Below are positions 1 through 10,876 of a stretch of 64,000 nt of DNA, one piece after another. The DNA comes from Microcoleus sp. (lineage in GTDB: Bacteria; Cyanobacteriota; Cyanobacteriia; Cyanobacteriales; Microcoleaceae). Within the stretch, counting starts at the first letter, position 1, and the number at the start of each line of letters is the position of its first letter. The stretch spans positions 2,880,001 to 2,944,000 of the forward strand of contig CP181291.1 in NCBI GenBank assembly GCA_052279835.1, given 5' to 3'. A program made the position numbers and the translations under genes. The notes beneath the pieces are model-generated. The model had not been told where the DNA came from and searched no databases. It saw nothing but the letters and a program-made list of their open reading frames with translations.

Positions 1-1262
1 TGCGGGTTCATTTGCCAGGAATAAGCATTAAGAAGGTAGTTTTCTACATCGGCTCGAATTGGGCTGTAAGTTTCCGGTTCACCTTTGACTTGAGCGGTGA
101 TTTTATCAGTTTGCTGGCTAACTTTATCTTTGGCTGTTTTGAGTTGACCGACTACTTTTTCCACATCAAAGTCAGAAATATCTGTGCGTCCCAATACGAT
201 TCCCATTAAAGCATTGACTGCCATTGTCGTTGCTTGGGACATCATTGTGGGGTTTTGTCCTTGATTTTGACCGCCAAGATTTCCGAGTGCTTGTTCTACC
301 CTACTTGTCAATTTATCTGAGAGCAATTCTCCCGATTTTGCAGACTTGAAATATTCTACTAATTGGGCGATACCGTCTGTTTGCTGGCCCTGTTTTCCTA
401 CTTGTTTCCAAGCGTCTTGGAGTTGGTCTACAATGCGGTTGACATCGCGTTTTGAGAGGTCCGATCGCGAACTGACTAATTCTACAAGGGTTTGGCGATC
501 GAGATTAGGCAAATTCTCGCCGGCTATAGACTTGAGTTGCGGATCGTTGAGCAACTTTTCAAATTCACTCCGCATCCCTTTGATGTCTAATTCAGGCGGT
601 TTGAGGCTTTGAATGTAGTCTTCGACGTTTTCCCGTAAACTTATGGGATCGATCGCGCTACCGAGTTCATGGCCCACTGCTGCGGCTGCGGCTTTGGCTG
701 TGGCCACCACTTGATTGCTGGCTGCTTTTGCGCCCAGGGCGGCGGCGGCGGTGCCGACAATCGCTTGAAAGCCTGATGTGGCGGTGTTGACGACGGAACC
801 AATCAGGGAACCAACGGTGGTGGAGCTCACCCACACCAGCATAGAGAAATAGGTTGCCCAGACAACTAAACCGACGATCGCACCTAAGCCGGGGCTGCTA
901 ATCAAACTCAGTTTAACTGCTAGCAAGCAGGCGAAGAAGAGGGCGACGGTAACAGTGATTAGCGTCCAAGTTCCTACTTTTTTGCCGATGTGGCGCACTG
1001 GAGGGCTGTCGCTGTGAGAATGGGAACTGTCATGGGATTGATTTCCCATGTAAGAAAGGCCGGCTGCTACTGATAAGTTGGTTAGCAAGAGTTGGAAGGC
1101 GAAAGCCAGTACCACTCCTGCGATTAACGCAATAAAAAATTGCGGCCCGGAATACAAGAGTGCTGCGTCTTCTGCGGTACTCACAGTCCGCTCTGCTGGC
1201 ACTTGGGCCAGCCAGAGGCTGATATTATAGATTTGTGAAGTTATTGGCAAGTTTTGATACAT
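1..1262 (-). CDS. Large conserved cyanobacterial membrane-anchored helical protein, 3' end outside the window; not in the ORF track
   Basis: Hand translation from ATG at 1262 (GAGGA upstream): MYQNLPITSQ...SGPQFFIALIAGVVLAFAFQLLLTNLSVAAG...; three hydrophobic segments then a long soluble helical region; frame open to the window edge. Confidence 0.8.
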   Translation of the reverse strand, partial: MYQNLPITSQIYNISLWLAQVPAERTVSTAEDAALLYSGPQFFIALIAGVVLAFAFQLLLTNLSVAAGLSYMGNQSHDSSHSHSDSPPVRHIGKKVGTWTLITVTVALFFACLLAVKLSLISSPGLGAIVGLVVWATYFSMLVWVSSTTVGSLIGSVVNTATSGFQAIVGTAAAALGAKAASNQVVATAKAAAAAVGHELGSAIDPISLRENVEDYIQSLKPPELDIKGMRSEFEKLLNDPQLKSIAGENLPNLDRQTLVELVSSRSDLSKRDVNRIVDQLQDAWKQVGKQGQQTDGIAQLVEYFKSAKSGELLSDKLTSRVEQALGNLGGQNQGQNPTMMSQATTMAVNALMGIVLGRTDISDFDVEKVVGQLKTAKDKVSQQTDKITAQVKGEPETYSPIRADVENYLLNAYSWQMNP

Positions 1263-1455
1263 AGTATATTCCTCGTTCAGGTGCGGGTTCGCATAATTGA
1301 GTTGGCGCGCGATCGGCTAATGTATAGTTTCTGTTTTTTGCCCTCAATGCCAAGCATCACCTGATTAACGAGCTAAAGCATCCCCCTACAGTCGGAAGTG
1401 TATAAATATGTCTGTGGCTAGCTGTCACTTTAGGAATAATTGTGCTATATGAAAC

Positions 1456-1565
1456 TTTACGAGTAGTCAGAAACCGGGTTTTTGCGAAAATACTTCGTTA
1501 CACCTCGTAAAAACTGCTAAAAACCCGGTTTCTTTGGTTTACGAGTAGTCAGAAACCGGGTTTTT
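1456..1565. repeat. REP-like repeat: two 28-bp direct copies with an inverted copy of the core between them
   Basis: TTTACGAGTAGTCAGAAACCGGGTTTTT at 1456-1483 and 1538-1565; inverted AAAAACCCGGTTTCT near 1519-1533; related hairpin near 31957-31981. Confidence 0.8.
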
Positions 1566-1723
1566 TACCGAGATACTGCATTTAATTTGTCTACACTCAA
1601 CACGAAATCTAGAAGTTGCCAGTAGATTTTAACTTCAGTCGATGCTAAAATCAAAATAGTCATATCAAATCCTCATTCCACTATCACCGACTGGAGTTCA
1701 GGCAATTATTCTGTATCATTAAA

Positions 1724-2350
1724 ATGGAACCTTGGGATAATCAGCTAGATAGCAACGACTCACAAGAAACAGTAGTCATTGATACCGATGGCGAAGTTAT
1801 CTTCTATCCCAATTTTTTTAATATCCAAGAGAGCGATCGGCTTTTTTCAGCTTTACATTCTAGTGTTAAATGGCGACAAGATACCATTTATTTTTATGGA
1901 AAAACGATACCTTTACCCAGACTCACAAGTTGGTATGGAGATGAAAGTAAATCCTATATATATTCCGGTATACAACAGCATCCCGAACCTTGGACTCCCA
2001 CACTAACTTCAATTAAATTAAAGGCTGAAGAAATATCAAAAATTACTTTTAATAGCGTTCTTATCAATCTATATCGTGATGGTAAAGATAGCGTTTCCTG
2101 GCATAGCGATGACGAACCAGAACTAGGTAAAAATCCGATTATAGCCTCCATTAGCCTTGGGGGAACTCGCCGATTTTCCTTAAGGCATAAAACATCAAAA
2201 TACTCCCAAATTGATATTGATTTACCCAAGGGTAGTTTGCTGTTAATGAAAGGCGAAACCCAGCACTTCTGGAAACATCAAATTGCTAAAACTGCTAAAT
2301 CGGTTGAACCCAGAATCAATCTAACTTTTAGAGTTATCAAACCAGTTTAA
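1724..2350 (+). CDS. AlkB-family 2OG-Fe(II) dioxygenase (ALKBH2/3-like)
   Basis: PRLTSWYG, NLYRDGKDSVSWHSDDE (HxD), WKHQI (H) and RINLTFR motifs. Confidence 0.92.
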   Translation: MEPWDNQLDSNDSQETVVIDTDGEVIFYPNFFNIQESDRLFSALHSSVKWRQDTIYFYGKTIPLPRLTSWYGDESKSYIYSGIQQHPEPWTPTLTSIKLKAEEISKITFNSVLINLYRDGKDSVSWHSDDEPELGKNPIIASISLGGTRRFSLRHKTSKYSQIDIDLPKGSLLLMKGETQHFWKHQIAKTAKSVEPRINLTFRVIKPV

Positions 2351-2451
2351 AATAAAGAAAACAAAATTTAATCAAATTATGAAAAATTTAATTTTACTAG
2401 GAACCTTAAGTTTTAGTATTGCTTTTAGTTTAAGTATAGTAGTAGAAAAAA

Positions 2452-2916
2452 ATGTTAATAGATTCAATTACACTCATTGAGCCTTCTGAAGTAGCTTTAA
2501 ATCGGGGCATTTTACATATAAATCATTTGAGTTTATATTCAAATCCAATAAATATTAAATCACTTAATAAAAAACTTCAATATTTAAAAAAAGATGATTT
2601 ATATACATTAAATCAAAACATAAAATTACATATTTTTTCAAACATATTAGATGTTACAGGCTTTGAAATCAATAATTTGGCTAATACTATTAAAGAAAGT
2701 CAATCAGGAATCAACTATTTTATTTGTGTGAGTCCTACAGATTTACATAATAGAATTCAACTATTTTTTGATTTTTGGAATAAAACTGGATGTCCTCTAG
2801 AAGAAATACAATTATCATCAGAAGATTTGTATTATGACACATGGAGATTTAAATCAGATAAATTTCAGCGTGATAAAATTCATCGGGTTCAAAAGCTATT
2901 TTATGTTAACTTATAA
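2452..2916 (+). CDS. AT-rich hypothetical protein, possibly a gene remnant
   Basis: 154-aa ORF in very AT-rich DNA; short hydrophobic ORF from 2379 overlaps its start in another frame. Confidence 0.45.
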   Translation: MLIDSITLIEPSEVALNRGILHINHLSLYSNPINIKSLNKKLQYLKKDDLYTLNQNIKLHIFSNILDVTGFEINNLANTIKESQSGINYFICVSPTDLHNRIQLFFDFWNKTGCPLEEIQLSSEDLYYDTWRFKSDKFQRDKIHRVQKLFYVNL

Positions 2917-3068
2917 AAACTATCTATGATACTTATATTTTTGTTTATTTATTATACTGTTCTCTATTCTCTCACTCTGTGTCCTCTGTGTTCTAGAAAG
3001 GTTAAATCATTCCGATATTGTAGACGGAAACGATATAAATGCGATTGCAATCGAAGATTATTGTGTCT

Positions 3069-4178
3069 CTACAAGCGCTTAACCAATATCCATCGCAACT
3101 CCATTGGCGGCGTTTCCTGCATTGGAAATAAATCGCGGCCGCTAGCCCAACTCAAAAACCAACTTGTCGGTGGCCAAGCTTCCTTCGGCAAATGCTTCTG
3201 TTCATATTCAATTACCGATTCATCAGATACAATTTCCAAAGGCAAACCCTCAATTGCCTCCGACAACTCCTCTCTAGTAATCAAATAAGACCAAGACTGT
3301 TCCGACATTTGTTTCGCCATATCATCTGGTTCATATCCATCTACAGCCAAGAAAGCACTAAATAAAATAAACCCGCCACTTAAAACCGAATCAGACATTT
3401 TTCCCAGGAACAAACGCACTTGTTCTGTGTGGCGGAAATGCGACAAAACTTCCGTAGCAATGGCTAACTTATAGCGATAGGTTTTAATCCTCAATAAGGG
3501 ATCTAAAACATCACCTTGGGTTACAGTAATCGGCAAATTTTCTGCTGTGGCTGCGGCTGACAATTTTTCGGCAAAAATGGGTGTTAATTCGATCGCATCT
3601 ACAGCATAGCCCAACCTCGCCAAAGGCAGACTATTGCGCCCAGGGCCCGCACCGACATCTAAAATCGGCCATTTCCCCGCTTCCCCTAATCCCGCCACAA
3701 TCGCCATCACCTTCGCATCGGGATGACTACCAAATAAAGGCTCAGGACGAATCTGCGGCCAGCTATGATATTTATCCGCCATAGATTCGACTTGAATCTT
3801 GGTATTGATAGTAACTCCCCCACTTAAACCAGTTTGAGCATTTGCCGGAAAATAAGACACAATCAAAGTAGCGTGGGGCGACTGTTTGAATCCTTCCGCT
3901 AAGGCATTACCAAGCAATGTTTTTAAACTTTCAGTTTCGGGATAGCCAAGATTTTGTCCAACCAGTTTTAAGAAATCTGACAACAATTTCAGATAATCAT
4001 CCAGCATCGACGGCACACAAGGCAAATGAAATTCTCCATTCACATTGATGCCTCTTTTGAGCTTTTCTGTGAGTGCTAATTTAAGACGCGAATTATTAGT
4101 CAGCGGCACCGTATTTTTAGGTAATTCGCTGACAGATAATTCTGATGTAGATGCAACACTGCTAATTTTTTTAGTCAC
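3069..4178 (-). CDS. Class I SAM-dependent methyltransferase with N-terminal extension
   Basis: Motif I ILDVGAGPGRNS, VDAIE and GDVL; 369 aa. Confidence 0.85.
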   Translation of the reverse strand: MTKKISSVASTSELSVSELPKNTVPLTNNSRLKLALTEKLKRGINVNGEFHLPCVPSMLDDYLKLLSDFLKLVGQNLGYPETESLKTLLGNALAEGFKQSPHATLIVSYFPANAQTGLSGGVTINTKIQVESMADKYHSWPQIRPEPLFGSHPDAKVMAIVAGLGEAGKWPILDVGAGPGRNSLPLARLGYAVDAIELTPIFAEKLSAAATAENLPITVTQGDVLDPLLRIKTYRYKLAIATEVLSHFRHTEQVRLFLGKMSDSVLSGGFILFSAFLAVDGYEPDDMAKQMSEQSWSYLITREELSEAIEGLPLEIVSDESVIEYEQKHLPKEAWPPTSWFLSWASGRDLFPMQETPPMELRWILVKRL

Positions 4179-4188
4179 AATATTTCTT

Positions 4189-4236
4189 AGTCCGCGTAGG
4201 CGGACTTTGTTTGTGTAGACGCGGTTTCAACCGCCG
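4189..4236. repeat. REP-like double palindrome
   Basis: AGTCCGCGTAGGCGGACT hairpin followed by GCGGTTTCAACCGC hairpin. Confidence 0.7.
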
Positions 4237-4247
4237 AGTAATCTTTG

Positions 4248-5459
4248 CTAAGAATCCTTCATCGCGCCCTGAAACAACGCCACTAAATTCTTCGCTTCCA
4301 AAGCCACATCATGCTGCTGAGCAACCCGCAAAGCTCCCGCCTTCCCCATCTGTTCCAACCGTTCCACAGGTACCTCCAAAGCCTCCTGCATTGCATCAGC
4401 TAGCGCCTCTACAGAACCAGCAGGAATCAACCAACCGCAAACTCCAGGCTCCACGAGTTCCGGGATACCAGCCACATAGGTACTAATCACAGGTCTGCTA
4501 AGAGCCAATGCTTCCATAATTACCACGGGTAAACCTTCGGCAAAACTGGGCAAAACCATCGCTCGTGCAGCTAAAATCTGCTGCTGAACTTGAGCGCTAT
4601 CGGCCCATCCTGTAATTTCTAAATGATTTTGTAATCCATATTGGTCGATCGCCTTTTCAATATCCGATCGCAACGGCCCATCACCTACCAAGATTAACTT
4701 AAACTGCAAACCAAGGCTAGCCAACTTACGCGCAGCTTCCACCAACAGCAAATGACCCTTTTGTTCGCTGAGTCGGCCAATACAAACTAAACGAGGTTCG
4801 GAAGTGACCGGAATATAGGGTAAATCCAAAAATGCAGCATCTACGCCACAGTGAATTACATGAATTTTAGACCAAAAAGCGCGATCGCACCACCGATACA
4901 ACTGACTTTTGCCAAAAGAACTAACCGCCGCCACAAAAGCCGCCCGCTTAATTTTTTCCTCAAAGCCAAGAATTGTAGCCTTGTCGAATTCTTCAGGACC
5001 ATGAACCGTAAAACTGTAACTAGGGCCACCTAGGACCCGACACAACATCGCTACAGTGGTTGAATTTGTGCCAAAGTGAGCGTGAACGTGTTTGACTCCC
5101 TGGCTGGAAAACCAATTTAATAGCACACAGGCTTCAGCAAAGTAAGCTAGATGAAGTATGATACCGCGATCGGAATGCCAACCTACTTTAAACATTAACC
5201 CTAAAGCTTCCACAAACCGAATAGGTCTAGTTATCGCCACCCGCAGCAAACCCGATACTAAGCCCAGAACACCAACTCCTAAAACAATCTGAGTCTGTTC
5301 TTGCTCTTTTTTGTCTCCTTCGTCCACCAGTTCCGACTCGCAGGAGCGAATTGAAAAACGGGCAACTTTCATACCACAATTCTCTACAGCCAAAATTTCT
5401 CGGCGGACAAAACTGTGACTGACTTTGGGATATTGATTAACTAAATAAGCAATGGTCAT
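4248..5459 (-). CDS. Glycosyltransferase family 4 (WcaL-like)
   Basis: YPKVSHSFVRRE, HVHAHFG, GRLSEQKG and EGLPVVIMEA motifs. Confidence 0.92.
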   Translation of the reverse strand: MTIAYLVNQYPKVSHSFVRREILAVENCGMKVARFSIRSCESELVDEGDKKEQEQTQIVLGVGVLGLVSGLLRVAITRPIRFVEALGLMFKVGWHSDRGIILHLAYFAEACVLLNWFSSQGVKHVHAHFGTNSTTVAMLCRVLGGPSYSFTVHGPEEFDKATILGFEEKIKRAAFVAAVSSFGKSQLYRWCDRAFWSKIHVIHCGVDAAFLDLPYIPVTSEPRLVCIGRLSEQKGHLLLVEAARKLASLGLQFKLILVGDGPLRSDIEKAIDQYGLQNHLEITGWADSAQVQQQILAARAMVLPSFAEGLPVVIMEALALSRPVISTYVAGIPELVEPGVCGWLIPAGSVEALADAMQEALEVPVERLEQMGKAGALRVAQQHDVALEAKNLVALFQGAMKDS

Positions 5460-5729
5460 GGGCCTGTCTGAAAATGCTGTGGTTCAACTGAGATAATTCT
5501 AGCCTGCTAATCCCTGGGAAATTTAAGATGAGAGATTTGAGATAGCCAAACCCCAAAAAATCACCCCACAGACCAATCCGGGGCTCAGAGGACTCCATGA
5601 AGTTAGACCGACAGAGACTTTGACTATCCTTGTTCACAAAGCCTCTCTCGGTCTAGCTTAACTTAATTTTGGTAATCTTAAAGTCCATCGGCCCTCCAGC
5701 AATCACCTATCTCTTCAGAGATTGCTGAT

Positions 5730-6491
5730 TTAGCCATCACAGAAAGGTGTTTTATAATAACCTAATTTTTGTTCTACAATCAATCTGAAAAAAGGCAGAG
5801 CATCAACCAAATATCTTTTCCACAGCCTTCTCGGTTCACTTAACAATCTGTAAGCCCATTCTATGCCAACTTCGCTCATCCATTTGGGAGACCGGGCTTT
5901 GCAACCAGCTTCAAAATCAATAGTTGCACCTATTGCCAAGAAAACTTTGATATTTGTCAGTTTGTCTCTATACTTAACCAACCATTTCTCTTGCTTAGGC
6001 GCACCTACTCCGATTGCCAATACTGTCGCTCCTGATTGATTAATAATGTCAATTATTTTTTCACACTCTTCTTCATTTTTTTCAAACCCAAAGGAAGGAG
6101 AATAGGCAGCAACTACTATTTTTCTACCCACTTTTTGGTTAATTTCTTCCTGAGCTTTAATTGCCACCCCTTCCGCAGCTCCTAGTAAGAAAATCTTAAT
6201 ATCTTCACTATCTTTGTGATAGTTATAAAATGCGGGAAATAAGTCAGAACCCGAAATTTTTTCTTGGATAGGAGTACCCAAAAATCTTGAGGCATACATC
6301 AAGATCTGACTATCGCAAACTCTATAATCACAGCTATTATAAGCTTCGTAAAAATCGCGGTCATACTGCAATTTAATTAAATGGTCTACATTGGGGGTAA
6401 ATACGACACCGCCTCCTTCTTTTAGCTTTTCAAACAGTTCTGTGATGGAACAATTATCAACCGGTACATTCAATAAATTAACAACTTTCAT
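5730..6491 (-). CDS. WecB/TagA/CpsF family glycosyltransferase (GT26)
   Basis: FTPNVDH, GSDLF, GAPKQEKW, EWAYRLLSEPRRLWKRY. Confidence 0.93.
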   Translation of the reverse strand: MKVVNLLNVPVDNCSITELFEKLKEGGGVVFTPNVDHLIKLQYDRDFYEAYNSCDYRVCDSQILMYASRFLGTPIQEKISGSDLFPAFYNYHKDSEDIKIFLLGAAEGVAIKAQEEINQKVGRKIVVAAYSPSFGFEKNEEECEKIIDIINQSGATVLAIGVGAPKQEKWLVKYRDKLTNIKVFLAIGATIDFEAGCKARSPKWMSEVGIEWAYRLLSEPRRLWKRYLVDALPFFRLIVEQKLGYYKTPFCDG

Positions 6492-6791
6492 TTTGGATTT
6501 CCCTCAATTTTTTATACTCTACTAAGACTCACACTAGAAATTCGTCACTCCACATTTTAGCGAGCTGGCGAATCTACTTTTCTTCATTATATCCTTTTCC
6601 CTTAGTCCTTGAGGATGTCTTTTTAAAGATTGTGTAAAGAATTCTGGATTTCCGGCCAAGAATCAATAAAGATACTAGATTTTATAATTGACAACATAGG
6701 TCATAAAAATAATATTTTTTAACTAGGGCTATATTTCAAGCCCGGACTATAATCAGCGCTAGGCGCGTGCCTAGTCAAACGATACTCAGAT

Positions 6792-8177
6792 TTAGTGGTG
6801 GGTTGTTGACACTCGTGATTTTTGTGAACTCAAAGACCGTCTAGGTAAGGGCGAACTGGTTTTCTTTGGCTTAAGACTTTCGGTATCTTTTAAGATCACA
6901 CCAGCTATTCCTCCAGCAATCAGCGTAAAAATTGGGTTAGTCATAGCATTCAAAACACAGTCAAACGCATACATAGTTAAAGCTACTCCCAGGACAGCCG
7001 CTGGCGCGACTTTCGGGTTAGACCAGGTTCGGGCTGGATATTTGAAACAAAAGGCGATCACAGGTAATAGCAGAGAAGAAAATAAACTCGTTAAACCCAC
7101 TACGCCGTTGACGCCAAAAGCAATAATCCACAAGCTGTCAGTTACGGATACATCATCACCGTACTCATTGTATACGCGGTTGCCTCCCGAATCGCCCCAG
7201 CCAAAAAGAAATCTTAGTCGCGCTTTATTGCCCAATATCTCTTCATTTTGAAATCTAAACCCCAGAGATGCTGCTCGTTCTTCGCCAAATATTTGAGAGA
7301 TAAAGCTAATCACTTCTTCACTAGAAAATTGACCAGAGGCAGCTAAATAAAGGTAGAAAATGATATATCCAATTATCAACAACAATGGCAAAGATGTTTT
7401 GAAAATTTTGGCGCTGAACAAGACGACTAGCGACATTGCAAATAAACTGTAAGCCCCAGTAGAACGGCACAATAAAAAAGCGATAATTAGTACAATTACC
7501 AAAGTCTTCATATTGCGCCCCTGAAACTTCTTGAGGACTCCAGTTTGCCACAACCAAAATCCCACTAAAGCAGCAGCCATCATCCACAGCCCCACCATCA
7601 AACCGTGCTGCATGAATACTACCGGTCTCCACCCCCCCATGCGTCTGGCCTGACCCCAGTCTTCAAAAGCATTGACACCGTAAACCATCTGGTGCAGAAT
7701 CGGCCCCCTAACCCCTTCAATCATCGTAAAAGGAATGTAGGCTAACCCACCTGCAAAAATGCCGATCGCTAACTGTCGCAACCCATCTAAACTATTGAGA
7801 TACAAACGCCCTAAAAGAAAAGGCATCCCCCAAGCAACAATTTGGTTTAAAGTTGGTGACAAGGGGCTTCCACCATTAGTAACTTGCGAAGCAATCGGGC
7901 ATAAACAGCAAATTACTATAGGTACATCTATCCAGCCTGGCTTCAAAGAGCTGAATCGCGTAGTATCGTAAACCAGAGTACCCAGCAAGACACCGTAGCA
8001 AGCTGCTGACATCTTGTTATAGGGAGGTAATCCCGGCAGGCTTAGAGAAACTTGGGGTAAAAACTGCCACGCTACAATTAGACTTACGATTACTGCTCGC
8101 TGAGTAGGGAACCTGACAAACAGATACAAAACGACTGGAATCCAGCCGTACATCACAATTGGAATCAATGCTGCCAT
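6792..8177 (-). CDS. O-antigen ligase/Wzy polymerase-like membrane protein
   Basis: About 10-12 hydrophobic helices, RSTGA and FGWG motifs, flanked by glycosyltransferases. Confidence 0.8.
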   Translation of the reverse strand: MAALIPIVMYGWIPVVLYLFVRFPTQRAVIVSLIVAWQFLPQVSLSLPGLPPYNKMSAACYGVLLGTLVYDTTRFSSLKPGWIDVPIVICCLCPIASQVTNGGSPLSPTLNQIVAWGMPFLLGRLYLNSLDGLRQLAIGIFAGGLAYIPFTMIEGVRGPILHQMVYGVNAFEDWGQARRMGGWRPVVFMQHGLMVGLWMMAAALVGFWLWQTGVLKKFQGRNMKTLVIVLIIAFLLCRSTGAYSLFAMSLVVLFSAKIFKTSLPLLLIIGYIIFYLYLAASGQFSSEEVISFISQIFGEERAASLGFRFQNEEILGNKARLRFLFGWGDSGGNRVYNEYGDDVSVTDSLWIIAFGVNGVVGLTSLFSSLLLPVIAFCFKYPARTWSNPKVAPAAVLGVALTMYAFDCVLNAMTNPIFTLIAGGIAGVILKDTESLKPKKTSSPLPRRSLSSQKSRVSTTHH

Positions 8178-8478
8178 AGACGTGGTGTGCCAAGTTTATT
8201 GCAAATCAGTTTTAGTTATCACAAATCTAACCTGTCACAGCGCGAGTTAGGACTGACCCCTGGGGTCAAGTCACCGAGTTTAATGGATGAAAACGAAAAT
8301 ACATAGGTTGCAAGACTGAAGCAGAGGAAACAAAAAATACAGGGTTGGGGGTGGGCTCTGGTGTTTGTTCCCAATTTTTGTACTTAGTTACCGCTCTTTA
8401 GTTTTCTTGTCACTTTAATTGTACGATCGATAACCCCATCAAGTCACACACCCTAGATACCCTCTCAGATAGCCAATG

Positions 8479-9616
8479 TTACCATTGAACTTGAATTCTG
8501 GGCTTTAATTTGGCTGTTGCCCCATCCTTTTGTGTGGATTTGCTCATAGCAGCTTTCAATGCACCCTCGAAGCGCTCTGTGGCATCATCCCAAGTATAAA
8601 CGATCGCCTTAGCGTAGGCAGCCTCGGACATCCCTTGCCAGTCCGGATTAGGCAAGCCACAGATAAACTCAATGGCTTTTGCCATAGCTTCGGGGGTCTT
8701 CTGGTTTTACCAATATGCCAGTACCCCCACTCAAAAATTCAGGAGCCGCCCCAACAGGAGTACCAATGACAGGAGTACGACACGCCATCGCTTCAATAAT
8801 TGGTAGACCAAAACCTTCACAACGACTTGGGAACAGCCACGCATCGCATTTACTGTAATAATCTTTGAGTTTGTCTTGGTCAGGTTGAATTACATACTCA
8901 CTGTTGGGCGGCAGTGGCAATTCTGGAGATGGCTCCTCCATACCAAAAGCAATTAATCGCAAATTGGGAATTTTTTCAGCAGCTAATGAAAAAGCTTTGA
9001 GGGCAATATCACTTCCCTTCCAGTAAGCTTGGGAGTAATACATCCCAACTGTCGGAATCGATTGTTTTTCACGCGGGCTAGCGTAAAATTGCTTGGTGTC
9101 TACGGTAGGGGGAACTAAAGAAACCTGATGGTCTCCATATCTCTTGTGAGCTATGTCTACTAACCACTGAGCAATCGTAATTTTGTGCAGCGGCAGATTC
9201 CAAGTGGCTTCTACTCTCGCTTTAGGTAGGTAATCAAAAACTTCGTAGTGCTGAAGGAAATAAGCTTTTGCTCCTTTGCTGGGAGATAGTTTTGCTACCC
9301 ACTCCGCCGTTTCCCACCAAGTGGCAACAATCACATCAGCATCCGGTAAGTCTCTATTTTTGATAGGTCTATTTTTGTCGATAATTTTTGGTTTAACGCT
9401 CAAATTGTTGAAGAATGAGGTTTGCTGCTCAGGTGTGGGTATCCAACCGCGTCCTCGTAGCAGTGACTTTGCTTGTTGAATCCAACTCGGTTGGGAAGGT
9501 GGTACAGAGATGACGAAGACCTCATGACCTCTCTTCTTCAAACGCTCTGCAAAAATAGAGACTACTCGAATTCCACCGCTGAGAGAAAGTGTGGGAAGAA
9601 CAAAAGTTATTTTCAT
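8479..9616 (-). pseudogene. GT4 glycosyltransferase split by a +1 frameshift (or sequencing error) in the G5 run at 8692-8696
   Basis: ORF 8669-9616 (SGGIRV; EGFGLPIIEAMAC) ends VKPEDPRSY; removing one C gives VKPEDPEAMAKAI...YTWDDATERFE and joins ORF 8479-8685. Confidence 0.85.
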
Positions 9617-10094
9617 CTTTAAAAAATCCTGTTGGCAAGTCTGAATGTTGAGAAACTTGGGAACACTATTCTGCCCGTTAAGTACAAAATTGCCGTGGCA
9701 ATTAAATTACTATTTTTCCAGAACCAAATAAAATAAAGCTAATAAAATATGAGTAATATTTAATGTCATTACTCATTAATTCGCTTTAATTGCACTAATA
9801 CTAACCACTATTCATCTGCCTTAAAAGTTCCTTATAGCAGATATCAATTATCAATAAATGTAATTCTTAAGATAGATGTTTAAAAATAAAAATTTCTTAA
9901 ATTGAGCCCGTCCACCTAATTCCAGGTATAGCAAAAGGCATAGGCCAGACGGCAGATTTGACATACACAGTAGTAAATTTTGGACTTGGAACCACAAGTC
10001 CTAGATTTACCGCATTTAATTTATCTGTGGCTTATTTCACACCCACATTTCAATTTTCTCAGTCTCGTTGTGCCTCTATCCCTTAGCTCTAGAG

Positions 10095-10760
10095 CTAACT
10101 TTGAGGAGGTTTGTATCCCCTCTCCAGAGCAAATTTTACAAGCTGAGCTCGATTTTCCAAGTGTAACTTGCTGAAAATGCTACCCAAATGAGCTTGGACG
10201 GTTCTGGGACTAATAAACAGTCGATAGCTAATTTGTTTATTGGTATAGCCTTGAATAACCTCCCAAAAAACTCTTTCCTCCGCAGGCGTTAAAGGTAAAG
10301 GTGCAGGTGGTGGTGCTACTGGCACAACCTTTGGTTCCACCGCCAGAGGAGTAGAATTTTGTAGGAGTCGAACAATCTCGGCATGAATGCGGTGAGAGCG
10401 TTCTAACTGGGCTTTGACTTTAGCTAATATTTCTTCCGACTGAAAAGGTTTGACTAAATAATCATCCGCCCCTATGGAATGACCTTCAACTTTGGATTCA
10501 ATCTCGCCTTGACCAGATAAAAATATAAATGGCATCAATTGTCCCAAGCGGGTATTTCGTAGGCGCCGACAAAACTCAAAGCCGTCCATCTCCGGCATCA
10601 TGACATCAGAAATCACTAAATCTGGAGGGTCGTTTTCAAAGATAGAGAGTGCCTCAATACCAGAATTAGCACATTCCACCCGGTATCCTTGGCTCTCCAA
10701 GTACATTGCCAAGACTGTTTGACAGTCTGTCTCGTCGTCAACCACCAATATTCTTTCCAT
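10095..10760 (-). CDS. NarL/LuxR-family response regulator
   Basis: Receiver domain (VDDE, SDVMMP, KPF) plus LuxR HTH (LTPAEERV...ISPRTVQAH). Confidence 0.93.
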   Translation of the reverse strand: MERILVVDDETDCQTVLAMYLESQGYRVECANSGIEALSIFENDPPDLVISDVMMPEMDGFEFCRRLRNTRLGQLMPFIFLSGQGEIESKVEGHSIGADDYLVKPFQSEEILAKVKAQLERSHRIHAEIVRLLQNSTPLAVEPKVVPVAPPPAPLPLTPAEERVFWEVIQGYTNKQISYRLFISPRTVQAHLGSIFSKLHLENRAQLVKFALERGYKPPQS

Positions 10761-10834
10761 GCCAGCCTTGCACCAAGTCGCGTTGACAGTTATTGAAACT
10801 GTAACTCCTAAAATAGGAACTTTAATGAGTTTAG

Positions 10835-10876
10835 CGAAAAATAGGGTCTAAAGCCCCATCCTTCTAGGGTGGCTTT
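10835..10876 (+). mobile_element. Solitary IS200/IS605-type left-end remnant
   Basis: CGAAAAATAGGGTCTAAAGCCCCATCCTTCTAGGGTGGCTTT aligns by eye at 32/42 to the IS left end at 17721-17761; preceded by TTTAG. Confidence 0.65.

Noticed and set aside
1456..1565. Two 28-bp direct repeats resembling a mini CRISPR array
   Set aside because: Only two copies, the 54-bp gap contains an inverted copy of the repeat core, and there are no cas genes; fits a REP-like element
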